In this document: one piece after another, positions 59,459 through 64,000 of the stretch
How the letters are laid out: each line of letters begins with the position of its first letter
Position numbering within the stretch: position 1 is the first letter of the stretch
Source of the DNA: a virus
Virus record (IMG/VR): IMGVR_UViG_3300005340_000038
Coordinates: 12,362 to 76,361 of that record
Reading direction: 5' to 3' (one strand)
Length of the DNA: 64,000 bases
Made by a program: the position numbers and the translations under genes
Notes under the pieces: generated by a model
Database searches by the model: none
Told to the model about the DNA's origin: nothing
What the model saw: the letters and a program-made list of their open reading frames with translations, nothing else

Positions 59459-59983
59459 TTAGCTCTGGGTATTCCATGGCGGCTCCTCACTGTACTCTAG
59501 CATGTGGTCAACGTAGCCTGTGTCAATGCCAACTCGAAACATAACGGCCATGATTTGGAGATCAGAGAGGCTATATGGCCCTTCCATCAGCCCGAAGAAA
59601 TACGGCATATGCTCTGACTTGAGGGCTGAGAGGAACAGCATGACGCGTTCGATCACATCTTTAGCGCACCAATAGACCTCAAATCCATCAGGATTCTGCG
59701 GCGTTTTATATGCAGTGCCCATGCCTAAGCTGTTGATATTTATCCCCAGATCGTAATCGAGCGCATGCCACCAGACCGTGACGCTACCATCTGGCTCTGG
59801 CACAATCGAGGGCTCCGGCATCTCGCGGAATATGGGCATGCCTAGCATATGCAACATATCCCTCGCAAATTCAGGGGCAACGGGTTTGCCTTGGTGCCCG
59901 TCCCATCCTGGCTCTAATCGCGTCAGGTTTTCGAGTCGGTCAGCGACTTTGATGGACCAATGGCCATAGTAATATTTCGTCAT
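59459..59983 (-). CDS. Hypothetical phage protein
   Basis: LEPGWDGHQG..PSIVPEPDGSVTVWW motif. Confidence 0.55.
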   Translation of the reverse strand: MTKYYYGHWSIKVADRLENLTRLEPGWDGHQGKPVAPEFARDMLHMLGMPIFREMPEPSIVPEPDGSVTVWWHALDYDLGININSLGMGTAYKTPQNPDGFEVYWCAKDVIERVMLFLSALKSEHMPYFFGLMEGPYSLSDLQIMAVMFRVGIDTGYVDHMLEYSEEPPWNTQS

Positions 59984-59994
59984 AGCGATAGCTC

Positions 59995-60243
59995 CTATAC
60001 ATTCTCCCGATATTTCATAAGCCAGGCGTCTAAATCCTCGATCAAGTACCGCACAGAGCGACCGAGTTTGACGAACGTCGGCCCTGGCGACATGTTTTGG
60101 CGCGGAACCTTCAGCCGAGATTGGCGAAGGAACGAACGGCTCATGCTGATATACGATGCCGCTTCTCGCTCTGTGAGTACGCGCTTGGGTAACCCTGTAG
60201 TCTGGGGTTGAGGTTTCGAGCTGGCGGATGATTTTGTTTTCAT
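59995..60243 (-). CDS. Excisionase/AlpA-like HTH DNA-binding protein
   Basis: LTEREAASYISMSRSFL..GPTFVKLGRSVRYLIEDLDAWL. Confidence 0.8.
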   Translation of the reverse strand: MKTKSSASSKPQPQTTGLPKRVLTEREAASYISMSRSFLRQSRLKVPRQNMSPGPTFVKLGRSVRYLIEDLDAWLMKYRENV

Positions 60244-60345
60244 ACTCTCATCTCCCTATGTGATTGATTATCTCGCTGTGATACGCCGGTACCCCGTGCC
60301 CGACTCTAGCCCTAGCGGGATTTGGCGCTGCGCTTCGTTGTAGGC

Positions 60346-60726
60346 TTATGAATAGACAATGTTACCACTCTTGTAGAATACTCCATCCGGTGATATCCAT
60401 CCTTTTACAGAAAAACTTCTAAACCCGCTTGGATAGGCATCTCCGGAATATTCTCTTATCTGTTTCCATCCCTTCCGGGCTCTGAGCTTTAACGATCTAT
60501 CTCTTTGATTATCTCTGCATGTGCCTATCCATAGATGATTTGGATTGCAGCATGGCGGGTTGTCGCATCTGTGGCATACATAGAACTCTCTACCTAACAA
60601 TATCGCCCCTGAACTATATTCATGCGCTTTTCTTGCATCGAGACCCATAGATTCCCAGCAGCATTTTCTGCAATCGTCTCCGTGTTCGCACATCTTAACT
60701 TTTTTCCAGAAATCTGACTCAGTCAT
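60346..60726 (-). CDS. HNH endonuclease (homing type)
   Basis: FWKKV..CWE..VCHRCDNPPCCNPNHLWIGT..DN. Confidence 0.8.
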   Translation of the reverse strand: MTESDFWKKVKMCEHGDDCRKCCWESMGLDARKAHEYSSGAILLGREFYVCHRCDNPPCCNPNHLWIGTCRDNQRDRSLKLRARKGWKQIREYSGDAYPSGFRSFSVKGWISPDGVFYKSGNIVYS

Positions 60727-60768
60727 TGACTATATTCCTTGCAGGACCCCAGGCTTTTAGTATGCGCG

Positions 60769-61014
60769 TCATTTTTCGGGGTTCTTCTTCTTTGGTTTTT
60801 CCTCGTCTACCCCTTCCATTAACTTCTCGGCCGTCACGCCCAGAGATCGAGCTAATCGCAACCCCTCATGAAAACGGATTGTGATATGCAACCCATCTTC
60901 AAGGCGTTTGATTGTGTTGTACTGCACTCCAGAAGCCCGTTCGAGTTGGGCACGAGTCCACCCCATTTGCGTCCTAAGTGCTTTTACCTTATCGCCCAAC
61001 GTCAAAATTATCAC
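60769..61014 (-). CDS. XRE-family HTH regulator
   Basis: LGDKVKALR..WTRAQLERASGV..IKRLEDG..LARSLGV. Confidence 0.85.
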   Translation of the reverse strand: MIILTLGDKVKALRTQMGWTRAQLERASGVQYNTIKRLEDGLHITIRFHEGLRLARSLGVTAEKLMEGVDEEKPKKKNPEK

Positions 61015-61041
61015 CCCCTTTCAATTTTGGAATACGCATAT

Positions 61042-61117
61042 ATTTTACGTTTTATCAGATAAAAAGTCAAATAAGCGTCAAAAATAGATTGACGCCACGG
61101 TCTATTTGACGTATAGT
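61042..61117. promoter_or_regulatory. Back-to-back sigma70-type promoters with operator-like palindromes
   Basis: - strand TTGACT(61070)-N17-TAAAAT; + strand TTGACG(61089)-N17-TATAGT. Palindromes TTTTATC-A-GATAAAA and CGTCAA-N7-TTGACG. Confidence 0.7.
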
Positions 61118-62017
61118 TATATTCAGATAGAGCGAACGAGGCAGGCACCCAAAGGAGACGCATCATGGCTTCTTGCGAAATATTGTACCCTGGCAACATC
61201 GCCATTGAGACCCATGCCTGGACGCTGAGTATTGCCGAAGCGAAGGCCGTGCAGGCATTTCTCGGCTGCGGCAAGGGCGGGTTCTGGGAACGCCACCTTG
61301 TCAAGCCCTATCGCCAAGCGCGTCGCGCCAAGGCCAATTTTGTTAAGGTCTACACGGCGGGATTCGCGAGTGGCGAATTGAGCAACGCACTGGCTTGCTG
61401 TGAGTAAACTGAAGGGGGTCTACGGACCCCTCGCTCACTGGAGATGCATCATGATACAGAAGAAGCTAGACGCGAGTTGGATTGCGAGCGATGGCAGATG
61501 CCCGAGGCACAAGACGCCCATGCGGCACATATACAACTGTGGCAGGCAGGTTGCAGCTAGAATATATCTGTTCCGCAATTGCCGATGCTCTGTATTTCAC
61601 TACTGCGATACTGATGGCGAGATAGACGGTAAGCCCGTATACACTACATCATTTGAGAACGCCGCGAAGATTATCAGAGAAAAAGCAGAAAAAGTTAAAA
61701 AATATAGTCCAAAAGTGTATTCTTGAGTGACATATCTATTGAAAGCGAGATGGTAAAGCAGTAAACTCTAAGTCAAGGAGTAGATGAGATGCAGCCGAGA
61801 ATCACACTAGAATATGCTGATCCAATGAGATTCGCAGTGTACAATGGTAGGCTGTATGATCTAGAGGATGCAGAGGAGATGCAGGAGTATTGCACGCTAA
61901 CTATGATGATGCTGCTGAACGTAACAGACGACAATCTCTAATAGCCGATAGCCCGGCACCCTACCGCCAAGTAATGAACCGGGCTATCAGAAGACCCTGA
62001 ACCATAAGGATCGAGCC

Positions 62018-62371
62018 ATGATAGCACAATCCAAACCGACCCGCAACGCCGACCTCCGACACGCTCAATCTCTTGGACGCCAACGCCGCAATGCCAAACA
62101 CGACCCTATCGGCCAAGCCATTGCAATCGCGAGCATTGCCCGTAAGTGCATCGATGATGGCAGGGAGTTTGACGCGATCTATGTCAAAGACCTCGCGGAT
62201 GATGTCTGGGCTGAGTTGGTCTGCGCGGCAACGCCAAATGAGCTGCGTGTGATCGAAGAAGCGTGCAGCAGGAGAGAGGCGAGAATGGTTGCTGAGCGTG
62301 CGGCACGCGAGCAATGCGATGCGATCACTGATCGGCGATGGGCGCAGATTTACCCACACTTGGCAGCGTAA
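62018..62371 (+). CDS. Hypothetical protein
   Basis: AAGGA RBS. Confidence 0.5.
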   Translation: MIAQSKPTRNADLRHAQSLGRQRRNAKHDPIGQAIAIASIARKCIDDGREFDAIYVKDLADDVWAELVCAATPNELRVIEEACSRREARMVAERAAREQCDAITDRRWAQIYPHLAA

Positions 62372-62378
62372 ACCACGG

Positions 62379-62398
62379 GCGGGGTCGAGAGGCCCCGC
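62379..62398 (+). repeat. GNRA-loop hairpin GCGGGGTC-GAGA-GGCCCCGC, copy 1
   Basis: Identical copy at 63060-63079; each lies between a stop codon and the next RBS. Confidence 0.7.
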
Positions 62399-62413
62399 GA
62401 TATGGAGGCAACT

Positions 62414-63052
62414 ATGAGCGATACCAAAGTTATGTTTCAGATTAAATCCATCTTCGGCGAACTACTTTTCGAGTATGAGTGCAGTAGTCAGAAAGAATGC
62501 GTAGGGCAAGCTGTAAAGTCTGGGGCTAACCTGTATAGGGCTAACCTGTCTGGGGCTGACCTGTATAGGGCTGACCTGTCTGGGGCTGACCTGTCTGGGG
62601 CTAACCTGTCTGGGGCTGACCTGTCTGGGGCTGACCTGTATAGGGCTGACCTGTCTGGGGCTAACCTGTATAGGGCTAACCTGTCTGGGGCTGACCTGTC
62701 TGGGGCTGACCTGTCTGGGGCTGACCTGTCTGGGGCTGACCTGTCTGGGGCTGGGCTCCCAGATGGCGACCTCCAGGTGTGGGGTAAGAAAAATGGCGTT
62801 TTAGTACGGCTACGCATCCCATACAGGGCAAAGCGCAATAGTTGTCTGATCAACAAAAAATGCCGCGCAGAATTTGCATTTTGCGAATGGACTGAGACAG
62901 GTGGGGATGTCGTAGTCGAAAATGAATACGGCAAGACTATTTATTCGCCTGGAAATTGGGTATATCCGCATGCGTATGATGATGATATTCGTATCGATTG
63001 TGCGCCAGGGATACACTTTTTTCTGACAAGAGCAGAAGCAGAGGCTTGGTAA
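62414..63052 (+). CDS. Pentapeptide-repeat protein with DUF5758-like C-terminal domain
   Basis: About 16 A(D/N)L(S/Y)(G/R) repeats; [19 protein letters not shown]. Confidence 0.9.
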   Translation: MSDTKVMFQIKSIFGELLFEYECSSQKECVGQAVKSGANLYRANLSGADLYRADLSGADLSGANLSGADLSGADLYRADLSGANLYRANLSGADLSGADLSGADLSGADLSGAGLPDGDLQVWGKKNGVLVRLRIPYRAKRNSCLINKKCRAEFAFCEWTETGGDVVVENEYGKTIYSPGNWVYPHAYDDDIRIDCAPGIHFFLTRAEAEAW

Positions 63053-63059
63053 ACACACG

Positions 63060-63079
63060 GCGGGGTCGAGAGGCCCCGC
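63060..63079 (+). repeat. GNRA-loop hairpin, copy 2
   Basis: Identical to 62379-62398. Confidence 0.7.
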
Positions 63080-63483
63080 GATAAGGAACACAGATATGGA
63101 CTGGGAAGAAAATGATCACGATATAGCCTGCCGTCTCTATAGTTGGCTTCAAGATAACTTTGGAAGTTCTGTAATTAGAATGCTGGCTACGCATTTTGAC
63201 TTCCAATGGGCTTTCGAATTTTCAAGAGATTTATCTGGGGACCATTGCGATTCTCTGTATGTAAATGCAGAATCTGCGGTCCGCGATTTATGCCGTTTAT
63301 TAGGTCATAGGAGTGCTAACATGGATGCACTAAAGTCTCTTCCGAGTGGAAGTAAGGTTATGATATGCGCTGCACGAATGCTCAAAATAGCGGAGATGAG
63401 TGGGAAGGGGAATTTAGGCGTTGACCCTAATATATCTTTTGTTTTAAACGCGATATTATAAGTCTTCATAGAGGGAGGTTATT

Positions 63484-63771
63484 ATGAGACAAGACATATC
63501 AGAAAACGAATTTATCCGTCTCGCTGTAACAAATGAATCTGTGTTCCGTTATGAGGCCTATCGCATCGCCCAGTTGATTCACGATTACGAGCTAGACGAG
63601 GATGATTTGCATAAGTATACCACTCGTCTTATGCAAATGAGCGGCATCTGCGATAACTGCCACGGGAGCGGTGAGGATGGCGACCCGCCAGATGCTGCGG
63701 GGGATGGTGGATGGATCGGAGATTGCCGCAAGTGTAATGGTACAGGGAGAAAGGCAATCGATGAACACTAA
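63484..63771 (+). CDS. Small protein with DnaJ-type Zn-finger motifs
   Basis: CDNCHGSG..CRKCNGTG. Confidence 0.55.
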   Translation: MRQDISENEFIRLAVTNESVFRYEAYRIAQLIHDYELDEDDLHKYTTRLMQMSGICDNCHGSGEDGDPPDAAGDGGWIGDCRKCNGTGRKAIDEH

Positions 63772-64000
63772 CCCGCTATACGTCGAAACGCAACCAGCCC
63801 CGTACAGTTCGGTCGAGATTACGACGGACAGCAAGGGCATCCCCAAGCCGACCATCAAGGTCTACCACGCGGACCCTGACGAGGCAGCACGCACGGCATT
63901 GCGGCTGTACAACGAGATATGCGGGCAATTGACGCAGATGGAGGAATAATGATGAAGCCTATATTCTTAAGACTCAACAAGATATCAGATGATTATGACG

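Noticed and set aside
62518-62755. 15-bp tandem repeats as a CRISPR or ncRNA array
   Set aside because: They are in-frame codons of A(D/N)L(S/Y)(G/R) pentapeptide repeats.
1-64000. tRNA, rRNA, integrase or transposase genes
   Set aside because: None were recognised by eye; tRNAscan-SE and HMM searches would be needed to exclude them.

Overview
This window is about 64 kb of a tailed-phage or prophage genome, probably temperate or plasmid-like; no integrase, capsid or portal gene is visible. A long leftward (- strand) arm runs from about 35 kb to the left edge. In order it encodes regulators, a MepA-like peptidase, a lambda-O-like replication initiator with four internal palindromic iterons, a Twinkle/T7-gp4-like primase-helicase, a SNF2 helicase-DNA methyltransferase fusion, a pectate-lyase/LamG protein, holin-like genes, thymidylate kinase, several large beta-helix/FN3/Ig proteins (most with signal peptides), a tandem-ParB plus TAGT-like glycosyltransferase pair, and the small and truncated large terminase. 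The right half is an early/accessory region: Gp3-like recombination protein, VRR-NUC, a receiver-less sigma54 activator, MazG-like, MucR/Ros, XRE repressors, RNA ligase, ParA/ParG-like pair, HNH nucleases, duplicated small-gene modules and a pentapeptide-repeat protein. The most striking feature is at 36.4-38.06 kb. A solitary 204-aa RAMP/Cas7-like gene (37036-37650) is flanked by ten non-coding tracts of 10-15 tandem pentamers, each a conserved GGC-like triplet plus a variable dinucleotide, separated by AT-rich linkers. No cas1/cas2 or CRISPR array is present. This looks like a phage-encoded RNA-guided system with a non-contiguous guide code, and resembles what I recall as the recently reported VIPR systems (not verifiable here). 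All functional calls come from motif recognition by eye; no searches were run.
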